Assembly (NCBI GenBank): GCA_017522015.1
Contig: JAFXAW010000006.1
Location: 1 to 32,000, forward strand
From: Oscillospiraceae bacterium
Lineage (GTDB): Bacteria > Bacillota > Clostridia > Oscillospirales > Oscillospiraceae
Direction: 5' to 3'
Length of the DNA stretch: 32,000 nucleotides
Positions 1 to 9,535 of the stretch are shown one piece after another. The translations under genes and the position numbers were made by a program. Positions within the stretch are counted from its first letter, which is position 1. Every line of letters begins with the position of its first letter. Below the pieces are notes generated by a model. The model searched no databases. It had not been told where the DNA came from and saw only the letters and a program-made list of their open reading frames with translations.

Positions 1-3000
1 CCCGCTCGCGCAGGGCAAGGCGAACGCCCGCGTTGATTTCCGCAAACTCCCGTATGGCGCTCAGGCGCTTTTCCGCGATCTCCGTGAGCACCTTGTCGCG
101 CCGGAAGGTGAGATAGGCGCTCGCGCGGCGGCTGCCGCGCCCGACGCGGCCGCGGATCTGATGCAGCTGCGCGAGCCCGAGTTTATCCGCATCCTCAATG
201 ATGAGGGTGTTGACGTTCGGGATGTCAATGCCGGTTTCGATGATCGTGGTGCACACAAGCACCTGCGTCTCGCCGTTTTGCATCTGCTCCATGGCCAGAT
301 ACAGCTCTTCCCGGCTCATTTTTCCGTGCGCTACGCCGATGGCCACCTCCGGCAGCATCTTTCGGATGCGCGAGGCGGTCTGCTCAATGTTTTCCACGCG
401 GTTGTGCAGATAATACACCTGCCCCCCGCGCCGGATTTCGCGGTTAATGGCATCGCAGATTGTCTCCCAGTCATGCTCAAGCACAAAGGTCTGCACCGGC
501 AGACGGTCGAAAGGCGGCTCCTCGATCAGGCTCATGTCCCGTATGCCGGAGAGCGCCATGTTCAGCGTGCGCGGGATGGGCGTTGCCGAAAGCGTCAGCA
601 CGTCCACCTGCTTGCTCATCTCCTTGAGCCGTTCCTTGTGTCCGACGCCGAAGCGCTGCTCCTCGTCCACGACGAGCAGTCCAAGCTTTTTGAAGTGCAA
701 ATCCTTTTGCAGCAGGGCGTGCGTGCCGATGACGATGTCCGTCTCGCCGCGCGCAATGGCCTGCCGCGCGGCTTTGATCTGTGCCGCCGTGCGGAAGCGG
801 CTCAAAACATCGACGCGAACGGGATAGCCGAAAAAGCGCTCCACGACGGTCTGATAATGCTGCTGCGCCAGCACAGTTGTCGGCACCAGAATCGCCGCCT
901 GATAGCCGCTGAGCACGCATTTCATCACTGCGCGCAGCGCGACCTCTGTCTTGCCGTAGCCCACGTCACCGCAGAGCAGACGGTCCATCGGAACGGGACG
1001 CTCCATGTCCGCTTTGATCTCCGCAACGCAGCGGAGCTGATCGTCCGTTTCCGTGTAACCGAAAGCGTCCTCAAATTCCTTCTGCCAGGGACTGTCCGGG
1101 TCAAAGGCGTTTCCCGGAAGCCGCTGCCGCGCCGCATAGAGCGAAATCAGCTCTTTGGCCATCTCCTTGGCCGCTTTTTTTGCGCGCGTCTTCACGCGCG
1201 TCCAGTCCGCGCCGCCCATCTTCGACAGGCGCACGTTTTCATCCGTGCCGCGCCCGCCGATGTATTTGGAAACGAGATCCAGCTGCGTGCAGGGCACATA
1301 GAGCGTGTCGCTGCCCGCGTAGCCGATTTTGATAAAGTCCTTTTCCGCGCCGTCCACCGGCAGCCTTACAATGCCCAGAAAGCGACCGATGCCGTGGATT
1401 TCATGCACAATGAGCTCCCCGGGTGCGAGATCTGCGCAAAACCGTATGGGCTCGCCGCGCTTTTTGTTCCGCGATGCCGTCTTCGATCGCTTGCCTGTCG
1501 AAAGGCCGGTGAGCATTGCATCCGTCAGCACCGCAAGCTTCAGCCCCGGCATTTCCATTCCCGCGGAGAGGCTGCCTACGCTCACCAGACAGCTGCCCGC
1601 CTCCGGCAAAGCCGTGAGAGTCGCCGCAAACGCGGCGGAAATCCCGTTTTCCTGCAGCCGATCGTGCATCAGCTTCGCGCGGCGCTCATCGCCGCAAAAC
1701 AGCACAACGCGGTGCCCGATCTCCAGATAATGCTGCACATCGCCAATGGCGGTCTCGGCGCTGCCTCCGTAAGAGGGCAGCTGCCGCAGCCGCGCGCCGA
1801 GGACGCTGCGCGGCTCTAAGATATATTTGCCGACGGTGAAAGCATCCGCCATCACCACAGGATAGTCCTCCAGCCTGTCCGTAAGCTGATCCATGCTCAG
1901 CGAAAACACCGCGCCGACACCGTAAAGAATGCCTTGCCCGATGAGTTCCTTGATATCCTCAAAGGTCTGCTTGACGAATCCGCGCCCCAACTCCCCGACA
2001 CGCCCCGGCTCGGAGAGCAGAACCAGCGCATCCGGCGGCAGATAGTCCATCGCCGTTGCAAAATCGTACAGCAGCGGCATGTAGCGGTCAACGGCAATGA
2101 GCGGCAGACCGGTTTTCAGCTTTTCTATGTCCTGCGCGAGCGTCTCTGCAAGACGCCCGCCCTTTTTTTCCGCTTTTCGCAAAAGAGATTCCAGCTGCGC
2201 GCATAAATACATCTTCTGCGCGCCGTCCGGCATATCCGGAGCGTAAGCCGCCACGGTCTCCGCCGCAGGCAGGACGCGGCACAGTTCCAGATTCTCCGTG
2301 CGCCGCTGGTCGTCTATATCGAAATAGCCCATGCCGTCGATCTCGTCGCCCCAGAAGTCGATGCGCACCGGCGCGTCCGACGCCGGGGAGAACAGGTCGA
2401 TAATGCCGCCTCTGGCGGCAAACTGGCCCGTTCCTTCCACCTGCTCCGTGCGCGTGTAACCGGCACGCAGCAGCTTTTCCACGACCGTCTCCGGCGAGAT
2501 CGCATCCCCCGCGCGGAGGGTAAAGGCGCATTTTTCAAGCGCTTCCGGCGGCAGCGTGCGCTGCAGCAGCGCGGAAACGGAGCAGACCACGGTTTCGGCC
2601 TTTCCTTCCCGCAGCGCGTCGAGCGTACGCAGGCGCGTCTGCTCCGTCTGGCGGGAGGCACCCTCGCCGCTGCGGAAGACATATTCGCGGGAGGGGAGGA
2701 TAAGCGGCCGTTTGCCCAGCAGAGAGGCAAGATCCCGCGCAAAGGCCTCGGCGGCATTTTCCTCCGGGCAGACAACGACCAAAGGCCGCGACATACTTTC
2801 GTACAGCGCGGCTGCAAGCAGCGGTCTGTGCACAGGGGACAGGCCGCTCACCAGCGCGGGGAGCATCCCCGCTTCAATGCGCTGCGGCAGATCCTTCAGC
2901 GAAGGATCGCGCAGCAGGGCAAGACTCAGTTCTTTCATTGCTTTGTCATTGTAGCGCATTCCCGCGTCGAAAGCAAGGGCAGCGCCGCTGTATTTCTGCG

Positions 3001-3034
3001 CGTTTTCCGCGAAATGCTCTGAAATAATTTCCAT
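1..3034 (-). CDS. mfd: transcription-repair coupling factor Mfd (N-terminal ~1011 codons; C-terminus lies beyond position 1)
   Basis: This minus-strand frame is open from the ATG (complement of 3032-3034) to the window edge, so it is absent from the complete-ORF track. My own translation starts MEIISEHFAENAQKYSG. It continues to GELIVHEIHGIGRFLGI (Mfd-type GxxVVHxxHGIG motif), MDRLLCGDVGYGKTEVA (helicase Walker A, complement of ~941-990, in frame with 3034) and GLAQLHQIRGRVGRGSRRASAYL (helicase motif VI, complement of ~110-178). Confidence 0.9.
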   Translation of the reverse strand, partial: MEIISEHFAENAQKYSGAALAFDAGMRYNDKAMKELSLALLRDPSLKDLPQRIEAGMLPALVSGLSPVHRPLLAAALYESMSRPLVVVCPEENAAEAFARDLASLLGKRPLILPSREYVFRSGEGASRQTEQTRLRTLDALREGKAETVVCSVSALLQRTLPPEALEKCAFTLRAGDAISPETVVEKLLRAGYTRTEQVEGTGQFAARGGIIDLFSPASDAPVRIDFWGDEIDGMGYFDIDDQRRTENLELCRVLPAAETVAAYAPDMPDGAQKMYLCAQLESLLRKAEKKGGRLAETLAQDIEKLKTGLPLIAVDRYMPLLYDFATAMDYLPPDALVLLSEPGRVGELGRGFVKQTFEDIKELIGQGILYGVGAVFSLSMDQLTDRLEDYPVVMADAFTVGKYILEPRSVLGARLRQLPSYGGSAETAIGDVQHYLEIGHRVVLFCGDERRAKLMHDRLQENGISAAFAATLTALPEAGSCLVSVGSLSAGMEMPGLKLAVLTDAMLTGLSTGKRSKTASRNKKRGEPIRFCADLAPGELIVHEIHGIGRFLGIVRLPVDGAEKDFIKIGYAGSDTLYVPCTQLDLVSKYIGGRGTDENVRLSKMGGADWTRVKTRAKKAAKEMAKELISLYAARQRLPGNAFDPDSPWQKEFEDAFGYTETDDQLRCVAEIKADMERPVPMDRLLCGDVGYGKTEVALRAVMKCVLSGYQAAILVPTTVLAQQHYQTVVERFFGYPVRVDVLSRFRTAAQIKAARQAIARGETDIVIGTHALLQKDLHFKKLGLLVVDEEQRFGVGHKERLKEMSKQVDVLTLSATPIPRTLNMALSGIRDMSLIEEPPFDRLPVQTFVLEHDWETICDAINREIRRGGQVYYLHNRVENIEQTASRIRKMLPEVAIGVAHGKMSREELYLAMEQMQNGETQVLVCTTIIETGIDIPNVNTLIIEDADKLGLAQLHQIRGRVGRGSRRASAYLTFRRDKVLTEIAEKRLSAIREFAEINAGVRLALRER

Positions 3035-3079
3035 ATTTTTTCACATACTATTATTTAATAATAAAATCATATATTTTTG

Positions 3080-3108
3080 TTGCAAACAAGGCGGTTTCTT
3101 GCTATAAT
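3080..3108 (+). promoter_or_regulatory. SigA-type promoter candidate for dnaA (TTGCAA-N17-TATAAT)
   Basis: TTGCAA at 3080-3085, an exact 17-nt spacer, and a perfect TATAAT at 3103-3108. It lies ~95 nt upstream of the dnaA ATG in an AT-rich spacer. Confidence 0.55.
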
Positions 3109-3202
3109 CATTTATTATAGCGGTATTATGCACTCTTGTTTCCAACATACTCCGAAGGAAACGGGCGCTTTGCTTCGGAAAGGGGTTTTTTCCTTGAAAC
3201 AA

Positions 3203-4519
3203 ATGAATTCCATCGCCGACGTTTGGAACAGCGTTCTCATGCTTCTCCGGGAGCGGATGACGGAAACGGCCATGAACACCTGGTTTGCTGACTGTGAGCC
3301 CATTGATTTGAGCAACGGGCGCCTGGTCATCTGCGCGCAGAATGAATTTAAGCGCAACATTATCGTCGATCGCTTTGCCGACACGATCCGCACCGCGCTG
3401 AGCGATCTTTTCTCCGGCAGCTTTGAGCTGCAGGTGCTCACGCGTGAGGAGCTTGAAGATTATGACGATGAAAAGCCGGACGAGTCAACCGATCTGCCGG
3501 AGATTGCGGGCTATACCTTTGACCGCTTCATCGTGGGGCCGAGCAACAAATTCGCGCACGCCGCTGCCGTTGCCGTCGCCGAAAAACCCGGCAAATCCTA
3601 TAACCCGCTCTTTATTTACGGCAACTCCGGTCTCGGCAAGACGCATCTGCTTCTGAGCATCGGCCAGGCCGTCCATCAGGCAGACCCCAAGGCGAAAATT
3701 GCCTACATCAAGGGCGATGAGTTCACCAATCAGATGATCGCCTCCATCCGCGAGGGTACGGCCGAAGAATTCCGCACCAAGTATCGCGGTGTGAATCTCT
3801 TTCTTGTGGACGATGTGCAGTTCATTGCCGGCAAGCAGAGCACGCAGGAGGAGTTTTTCCATACTTTCAACAGCATCCACGAGGCCGGAAATCAGATCGT
3901 CGTCACCTCTGACCGTCCGCCAATCGAAATGAAACAGCTTGACGACCGGCTGCGCACCCGTTTTGAGAGCGGCCTGATGTGCGACGTGCAGCCGCCCGAC
4001 ATGGAAACGCGCATGGCCATTATCCGCAACAAGGCTTCACAGTTCTGCATGCCGCTTGAAGATGAGGTCGTTGCCTATATTGCAGAGAATCTGACCACCA
4101 ATGTCCGGCAGATTGAGGGCGTTGTCAACCGCCTTACCGCGTATCGGGACATTCTCAATGACTCCACCATCAACATCGCCAGCGTCAAACGCGCAATTAA
4201 GGATGTCATCCGCGTCGGCGCCTACATCCCCACGCCGGATGTCATCATCGAGGAAACCGCGCGTTTCTATTCGCTCACGAGTGAGGATCTGCGCGGCCAG
4301 CGCCGCAGCAAAAACATGGCCATGGCGCGGCAGATCTCCATGTATCTGATCCGCTCCATCACAAATCTTTCGCTTATGGACATCGGCAGGGAGTATGAAA
4401 ACCGAAACCACTCCACCGTATTGCAGTCCATCCGCAAGGTTGAGGAGCTCCTGCGCACCGATCCCGAGATGGCCGATGCCGTGCGTGACATTACCTCCAA
4501 TATCAATTCCCGCGGCTGA
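3203..4519 (+). CDS. dnaA: chromosomal replication initiator protein DnaA
   Basis: MNSIADVWNSVLMLLRE..., Walker A GNSGLGKTHLL, LVDDVQF box, and a C-terminal DNA-binding region ending NHSTVLQSIRKVEELL. Start placed at ATG 3203 (purine-rich AAAGGGG at 3180-3186; TTG 3195 is an alternative). The track start TTG 3077 lies inside the promoter. Confidence 0.95.
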   Translation: MNSIADVWNSVLMLLRERMTETAMNTWFADCEPIDLSNGRLVICAQNEFKRNIIVDRFADTIRTALSDLFSGSFELQVLTREELEDYDDEKPDESTDLPEIAGYTFDRFIVGPSNKFAHAAAVAVAEKPGKSYNPLFIYGNSGLGKTHLLLSIGQAVHQADPKAKIAYIKGDEFTNQMIASIREGTAEEFRTKYRGVNLFLVDDVQFIAGKQSTQEEFFHTFNSIHEAGNQIVVTSDRPPIEMKQLDDRLRTRFESGLMCDVQPPDMETRMAIIRNKASQFCMPLEDEVVAYIAENLTTNVRQIEGVVNRLTAYRDILNDSTINIASVKRAIKDVIRVGAYIPTPDVIIEETARFYSLTSEDLRGQRRSKNMAMARQISMYLIRSITNLSLMDIGREYENRNHSTVLQSIRKVEELLRTDPEMADAVRDITSNINSRG

Positions 4520-4760
4520 TTTTATCTGATAAAAATTTCAACATTTCCACATTCAAAAGCTGTGGAAAACATTTCCGCAATAAACCGAAAATTTTACCTG
4601 TTGGTAACTTTATTTTTACCCACAATTTTATCCACATCAGAAAGCCTGAAAAATCAAGGCAAATTTTCACTTTTCAACAGATTTTTTTACTACTGCGACT
4701 ACTGCTACAAAAACAGCTATCTTTCTCTTCAGAAAGAATCTATTCTCGGAGGTACGGATT
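4520..4760. other. oriC candidate: DnaA-box cluster plus AT-rich tract in the dnaA-dnaN spacer
   Basis: Perfect TTATCCACA at 4628-4636. Near-consensus boxes: TTACCCACA at 4616-4624 (8/9), TGTGGAAAA at 4561-4569 (reverse strand, 8/9) and ATTTCCACA at 4543-4551 (7/9). An AT-rich run and T7 tract follow at 4660-4690. The position between dnaA and dnaN matches Firmicute origins. Confidence 0.7.
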
Positions 4761-5873
4761 ATGAAATTCTCTTGTGAAAAACACCTGTTGCTCGCAGCCG
4801 TTGTTACCGCTTCCCGTGCAGCAGCGGCAAAAAGTCCGATTCCCGCTCTGGAAGGCTTACTGATTGAGGCCGGCAACAAAGTCCGTGTCACGGGCTATGA
4901 CCTCAAGCGCGGCATCTATACAGGCTTTTCTGCCGACGTTGTCGAGACGGGGAGCATCGTTCTCAACGCAAAGCTGTTCGGCGAAATTGTCCGCGCCCTG
5001 CCGGACGGCATCGTCACCGTTTCCACCGACAGCGGCTATATGACGCGCATTCAGTGCGGCAGTGCGGATTTTTCCATCATGGGCTTTGACAGCGACGATT
5101 ATCCCGAGCTTCCGGATACGGACGGAAGAAATATCATCGAGGTCGAGCAGGGACTTCTGCGCGATATGATCTCCCGCACGCTCTTTGCCATCTCGGATAA
5201 CGAGGCGCGCCCTGTGTACACCGGCGCTCTTTTCGAGGTGGAAAGCGGCGCGCTCACCGTCGTTGCGCTGGACGGTTACCGTCTTGCCCTGCGCCGCGGC
5301 GAAGTCAGTCAGAGCGATCTGGACAATGTCAGCTTCATCGTGCCGGGCACGGCGCTCGGAGATGTGGAAAAAATCTGCACGGACGAGAAAGAAAACGCAA
5401 GAATCACTGTCGGCTCCAAGCACATCAGCTTCACAATTGGGGACACGGTCATCATCACGCGTCGGCTGGAAGGTGAATTTCTCAACTATCGCCGCAGCGT
5501 TCCCACGGAGTTTCAGCATAAGATGAAGGTCGCGCGTACAGATCTTCTGCGCACGGTCGACCGCGTCAGCCCCATCATTGACGCAAAAACCAAAAATCCC
5601 GTGCGCTGCACTTTTGGCGACGGGGCGATGAAAATCGTTTGCGTCACAAACCTCGGCAAGGCCGAGGATGTCTGCCCGATGGAGGGCAGCGGCGGCGGTC
5701 TGGAGATCGGTTTTAACAACCGCTATCTGCTCGATGCGCTGCGCGCTTCGCCTGCGGAGGAGCTGCTGCTGTGCGTAAACACCGGCTCTTCGCCCTGCGT
5801 GATCATGCCTGCGGACGGCAACGATAGCTTTGTGTTTATGATTCTGCCTGTGCGGCTTCGCGCGGGTGACTGA
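4761..5873 (+). CDS. dnaN: DNA polymerase III beta subunit (sliding clamp)
   Basis: 370 aa, MKFSCEKHLLLAAV...LEGLLIEA...VALDGYRLA, the typical beta-clamp pattern. GGAGG RBS at 4748-4752, 8 nt before the ATG. Canonical position after dnaA. Confidence 0.95.
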   Translation: MKFSCEKHLLLAAVVTASRAAAAKSPIPALEGLLIEAGNKVRVTGYDLKRGIYTGFSADVVETGSIVLNAKLFGEIVRALPDGIVTVSTDSGYMTRIQCGSADFSIMGFDSDDYPELPDTDGRNIIEVEQGLLRDMISRTLFAISDNEARPVYTGALFEVESGALTVVALDGYRLALRRGEVSQSDLDNVSFIVPGTALGDVEKICTDEKENARITVGSKHISFTIGDTVIITRRLEGEFLNYRRSVPTEFQHKMKVARTDLLRTVDRVSPIIDAKTKNPVRCTFGDGAMKIVCVTNLGKAEDVCPMEGSGGGLEIGFNNRYLLDALRASPAEELLLCVNTGSSPCVIMPADGNDSFVFMILPVRLRAGD

Positions 5874-5898
5874 GGTTAAATCCGGAAAGCAGTTAAAT

Positions 5899-6111
5899 AT
5901 GGAAAATATTGAAATTACAACACCTTTTATCCGGCTTGACGCACTGCTCAAGTTTGCCGCGCTCGTCGGCACGGGTGGCGAGGCAAAAAACGTGATACAG
6001 GACGGACTTGTGCAGGTCAACGGCGAAGTCTGCACGCAGAGAGGCAAAAAGCTTGTCCCGGGGGATGAGGTCATGCTCGGGGGCGAGAGCTGCCGCGTGG
6101 TAAAGGCATGA
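5899..6111 (+). CDS. yaaA: S4-domain RNA-binding protein YaaA
   Basis: MENIEITTPFIRLDALLKFAALVGTGGEAKNVIQDGLVQVNGEVCTQRGKKLVPGDEV, about 70 aa, in the conserved dnaN-yaaA-recF position. ATG 5899 is preferred over the GTG 5866 track start. The stop overlaps the recF ATG (ATGA). Confidence 0.8.
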   Translation: MENIEITTPFIRLDALLKFAALVGTGGEAKNVIQDGLVQVNGEVCTQRGKKLVPGDEVMLGGESCRVVKA

Positions 6112-7208
6112 AGGTTAATCGCATCTACGTAAACAACTGGCGCAATTATGATATGGGCACGGCGGAGTTTGTTTCCGGCATCAACGTCATCTGCGGAAAA
6201 AATGCGCAGGGAAAAACCAATCTGCTGGAAGCGGTGTATATGCTCACGGGCGGCAAAAGCTTCCGCACGCGCTTTGATAAAGAACTGATCCGCTTCGATG
6301 CAACGGGCGGCGAAATTCTTGCGGACGTGGAGGCACACGGCCGTGTGCAGACTGTGCGGATATTGTTCCAGCGCGGTCAGCGCAAGATCATCACGCAAAA
6401 CGGCGTGAAAAAAACGGCGATGGAACTTGCCGACAGTCTGAAAGCGGTTTTGTTCTGTCCGGATGATCTGAGCATCATCAAGTCCGGAGCGGCCGAGCGG
6501 AGAAAACTGCTCGATCTGGCAATCAGCCAGCTCCGGCCGGGCTATGCTGCGCTGCTGAGCGATTATAACCGCCTCTATGAAAACAAAATGCAGATTCTGA
6601 AGGGCTGGCGCGAAAAGCCCTCTCTGCTCGATACGCTCGACGATTTTTCGCAGGGGCTCTGCCGCATCTCCGCGCAGCTCATCCGCTACAGGGCCAGCTT
6701 CGCGCAGCGGCTTGCGCAGGATGCCGAACACATCCACCGGGAGTTTTCCGGCGGACTGGAGAAGCTGGAAACGGCGTATAAAACGGTCAGCACCGTCACG
6801 GATCCGCTGGCCTCCGTCCAGCAGATCACGCAGGAGATTTATGTGCATCAGGCCGCGCACCGTCAGGCGGAGATTGAAAGTCAGAGCTGCCTGACCGGCG
6901 CGCATAAGGACGATCTGATTTTCACCGTCAACGGGCTGTCCGCGCGGGAATATGCATCGCAAGGGCAGGCGCGCACCGCGGCGCTGAGTCTGAAGCTCGC
7001 GGAGCGGGATATCTTTTTGGAGGAAACCGGGGAATACCCCGTCCTGCTGCTTGATGATGTGCTCTCGGAGCTGGATGAAAAGCGGCGCGACTTTGTGCTC
7101 AACCGCATCGGCGGTGGGCAGACGCTCATCACCTGCTGCGAGGAAGAGGAGATTGCCCGCAAAACCGGAGGGCATGTGCTGAACATAGTAAACGGAGTGA
7201 TCCACTGA
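6108..7208 (+). CDS. recF: DNA replication/repair protein RecF
   Basis: 366 aa. N-terminal Walker A GKNAQGKTNLLEA, SMC-like signature SQGQARTAALSLKLAE and Walker B VLLLDDVLSELD. Confidence 0.95.
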   Translation: MKVNRIYVNNWRNYDMGTAEFVSGINVICGKNAQGKTNLLEAVYMLTGGKSFRTRFDKELIRFDATGGEILADVEAHGRVQTVRILFQRGQRKIITQNGVKKTAMELADSLKAVLFCPDDLSIIKSGAAERRKLLDLAISQLRPGYAALLSDYNRLYENKMQILKGWREKPSLLDTLDDFSQGLCRISAQLIRYRASFAQRLAQDAEHIHREFSGGLEKLETAYKTVSTVTDPLASVQQITQEIYVHQAAHRQAEIESQSCLTGAHKDDLIFTVNGLSAREYASQGQARTAALSLKLAERDIFLEETGEYPVLLLDDVLSELDEKRRDFVLNRIGGGQTLITCCEEEEIARKTGGHVLNIVNGVIH

Positions 7209-7477
7209 TGTATCTGCATCTCGGCAACAGCTACGTTGTGCGGAAGCGGGATGTGCTGGCTGTGTTCGATCTGGACAACAGCTCCCAGTCTCACTTAACG
7301 CGCGCCTTTCTTTCCGCCGCGGAAAAGGCGGGAGAGGTCATCAATGTGGCGGGAGATGAGCTGCCCAAGAGCTTTGTGGTCTGCAAGGCGGAGGGCACAC
7401 AGCGTGTATATCTGAGCCAGCTCAACGCATCAACCCTGCTGCGCCGCAGCGCGCTGCGCGGCATTGAGAATTTGTAA
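7208..7477 (+). CDS. remB: DUF370 protein (RemB/YaaB-like extracellular matrix regulator family)
   Basis: 89 aa. Its start overlaps the recF stop by 1 nt (TGATG). It occupies the conserved recF-yaaB-gyrB position. MYLHLGNSYVVRKRDVLAVFDLD resembles DUF370 N-termini. Confidence 0.8.
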   Translation: MYLHLGNSYVVRKRDVLAVFDLDNSSQSHLTRAFLSAAEKAGEVINVAGDELPKSFVVCKAEGTQRVYLSQLNASTLLRRSALRGIENL

Positions 7478-7580
7478 AAGCAAATTGCAGCGTCCAACAG
7501 GACGCCGCAGCGAAGTATAAAGTGTTTCGGCTTGCTTTGGCGAGTCGGTTTTCCCGCGTTGGGAGAGAAAACGGAGGAAA

Positions 7581-9521
7581 ATGCAAGTGTCCGATTTGAG
7601 TGAAAAGATCACACAGGAATACGACGCCAGTCAGATTCAGGTTCTGGAAGGGCTGGAGGCTGTCCGCAAGAGGCCGGGTATGTACATCGGCTCTACTTCG
7701 TCGAGCGGATTGCACCACCTGGTCTATGAAATTGCGGATAACGCCATCGACGAAGCGCTGGCGGGCTACTGCAAAAACATCAGCGTCACCATCGAACAGG
7801 GTGACGTCATCCGCGTTACGGACGACGGGCGCGGCATCCCGGTGGATATCCAGGAACAGACCGGCAAGCCCGCGCTGGAGGTCGTCTATACCGTGCTGCA
7901 CGCAGGCGGCAAGTTTGGCGGCGGCGGATACAAGGTCTCCGGCGGTCTGCACGGCGTCGGTGCGAGCGTTGTCAACGCGCTTTCCGAGTGGCTGGAAGTG
8001 CAGGTGCACAAAAACGGGAATATCTATGAGATGAAATTTTCCCGCGGAAATATTACGCAGAGCATGAAGATTGTCGGCAAGACGGATCACACAGGCACAT
8101 CCGTCCGCTTCAAGCCCGACCCGGAGATGTTCACGGACACCACGGTTTACGATTTTGAAATTCTCCGCAAGCGCATGCAGGAGGAAGCCTTCCTCAACGC
8201 CGGACTCTCCATCACCATCGCGGACGAGCGCGAGGGACAGGAACAGAGCATCACGATGTGTTATGAGGGCGGCATCCGGGAGTTTATCAGCTTCCTCAAC
8301 TGCAATAAAACGCCCGTGCATGAGAAGATCATCTACATGACCGGTCAGAAGGATGACACCATTGCAGAGCTGGCGATGCAATATACGGACACCTATAACG
8401 AAGTGGTCGTGTCCTTTGCCAACAACGTGCATACGCAGGAAGGCGGCATGCACGAGGAGGGCTTCCGCCGTGCGCTGACAAATGTGCTCAACAGCTACGG
8501 CCGGAAGATGAATATCCTCAAAAATGAAGAAAAGGTCTCCGGTGAGGATTGCCGGGAGGGCATCACTTGCGTCATCTCCGTCAAGCTGACGGAAGCGCAG
8601 TTTGAGGGACAGACCAAGTCCAAACTCGGTAACAGCGAAGTCCGCACTCTGGTCAACAATATTGTCTCCGACAAGCTGGAGCAGTTCCTGGAGGAAAATC
8701 CGGACGTTGGCAAAGCCATTCTGGAAAAGGCACTCATGGCCAACCGCGCACGCGAGGCGGCAAGAAAAGCGCGTGAGGCCGTGCGCCGCAAGACCGGTTT
8801 GGAAAGCGGCCAGATGCCCGATAAGCTGCAGGACTGCAACGAGCGTGACCCCTCCCTCTGTGAGCTGTATATCGTCGAGGGAGACTCGGCAGCCGGTTCC
8901 GCCATCGGCGGACGTGACTCCCGTTTCCAGGCCATCCTTGCCATGTGGGGAAAGATGCTCAACGTCGAAAAGGCGCGTGTGGACAAAATATACGGCAACG
9001 ACAAGCTGCAGCCGCTGATCACGGCGCTCGGCGCGGGCATCGGGGACGAGTTCAACATTGAAAAGCTTCGCTATCATAAAATCATCATCATGTCCGATGC
9101 GGACGTGGACGGTGCGCACATCCGCACCCTGCTTTTGACTTTCTTCTTCCGCTATATGCGCCAGCTGATTGAAAACGGCTACGTCTATTCTGCCGTGCCG
9201 CCGCTGTATAAGCTCACACGCGGCAAAACGGTGCGTGTGGCCTATTCGGATGCAGAGCGTGATCGGGTCTCTGCCGAGATGCGTGCGGACAATCCGAATG
9301 CCCGGATTGAGATCAACCGCTATAAGGGCCTTGGCGAAATGGACAAACACGAGCTGTGGGAGACCACCATGGATCCGGAAAAGCGCACGCTGCGCCGCAT
9401 CACGCTGGAAGATGCCATCATGGCGGACCAGATTTTCACCATCCTTATGGGCGAGGAAGTTGAGCCCCGCAAGGAATGGATCGAAAGAAATGCCAGATAT
9501 GCGATTAATCTTGACGTTTAA
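7581..9521 (+). CDS. gyrB: DNA gyrase subunit B
   Basis: 646 aa with [48 protein letters not shown] and the Toprim motif [12 protein letters not shown]. The start could instead be GTG 7587, because the GGAGG at 7573-7577 is only 3 nt from ATG 7581. Confidence 0.97.
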   Translation: MQVSDLSEKITQEYDASQIQVLEGLEAVRKRPGMYIGSTSSSGLHHLVYEIADNAIDEALAGYCKNISVTIEQGDVIRVTDDGRGIPVDIQEQTGKPALEVVYTVLHAGGKFGGGGYKVSGGLHGVGASVVNALSEWLEVQVHKNGNIYEMKFSRGNITQSMKIVGKTDHTGTSVRFKPDPEMFTDTTVYDFEILRKRMQEEAFLNAGLSITIADEREGQEQSITMCYEGGIREFISFLNCNKTPVHEKIIYMTGQKDDTIAELAMQYTDTYNEVVVSFANNVHTQEGGMHEEGFRRALTNVLNSYGRKMNILKNEEKVSGEDCREGITCVISVKLTEAQFEGQTKSKLGNSEVRTLVNNIVSDKLEQFLEENPDVGKAILEKALMANRAREAARKAREAVRRKTGLESGQMPDKLQDCNERDPSLCELYIVEGDSAAGSAIGGRDSRFQAILAMWGKMLNVEKARVDKIYGNDKLQPLITALGAGIGDEFNIEKLRYHKIIIMSDADVDGAHIRTLLLTFFFRYMRQLIENGYVYSAVPPLYKLTRGKTVRVAYSDAERDRVSAEMRADNPNARIEINRYKGLGEMDKHELWETTMDPEKRTLRRITLEDAIMADQIFTILMGEEVEPRKEWIERNARYAINLDV

Positions 9522-9535
9522 GGAGGTGACGCAGT

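Noticed and set aside
161-1819. 552-aa plus-strand ORF at the left end of the window
   Set aside because: It is the codon-aligned antisense shadow of mfd. Its sequence is Arg/His/Leu/Ala-rich junk with no motifs, while the minus strand translates into clear Mfd helicase motifs.
4857-7205. 782-aa minus-strand ORF opposite dnaN-yaaA-recF
   Set aside because: It shares codon boundaries with dnaN and recF. It stays open only because those genes lack TTA, CTA and TCA codons, and it has no RBS and no recognisable domains.
7486-7509. Hairpin (tgcagcgtcc-aaca-ggacgccgca) after remB as a terminator
   Set aside because: It has one mismatch and no downstream U-tract. The gyrB RBS follows shortly, so I did not call it a terminator.
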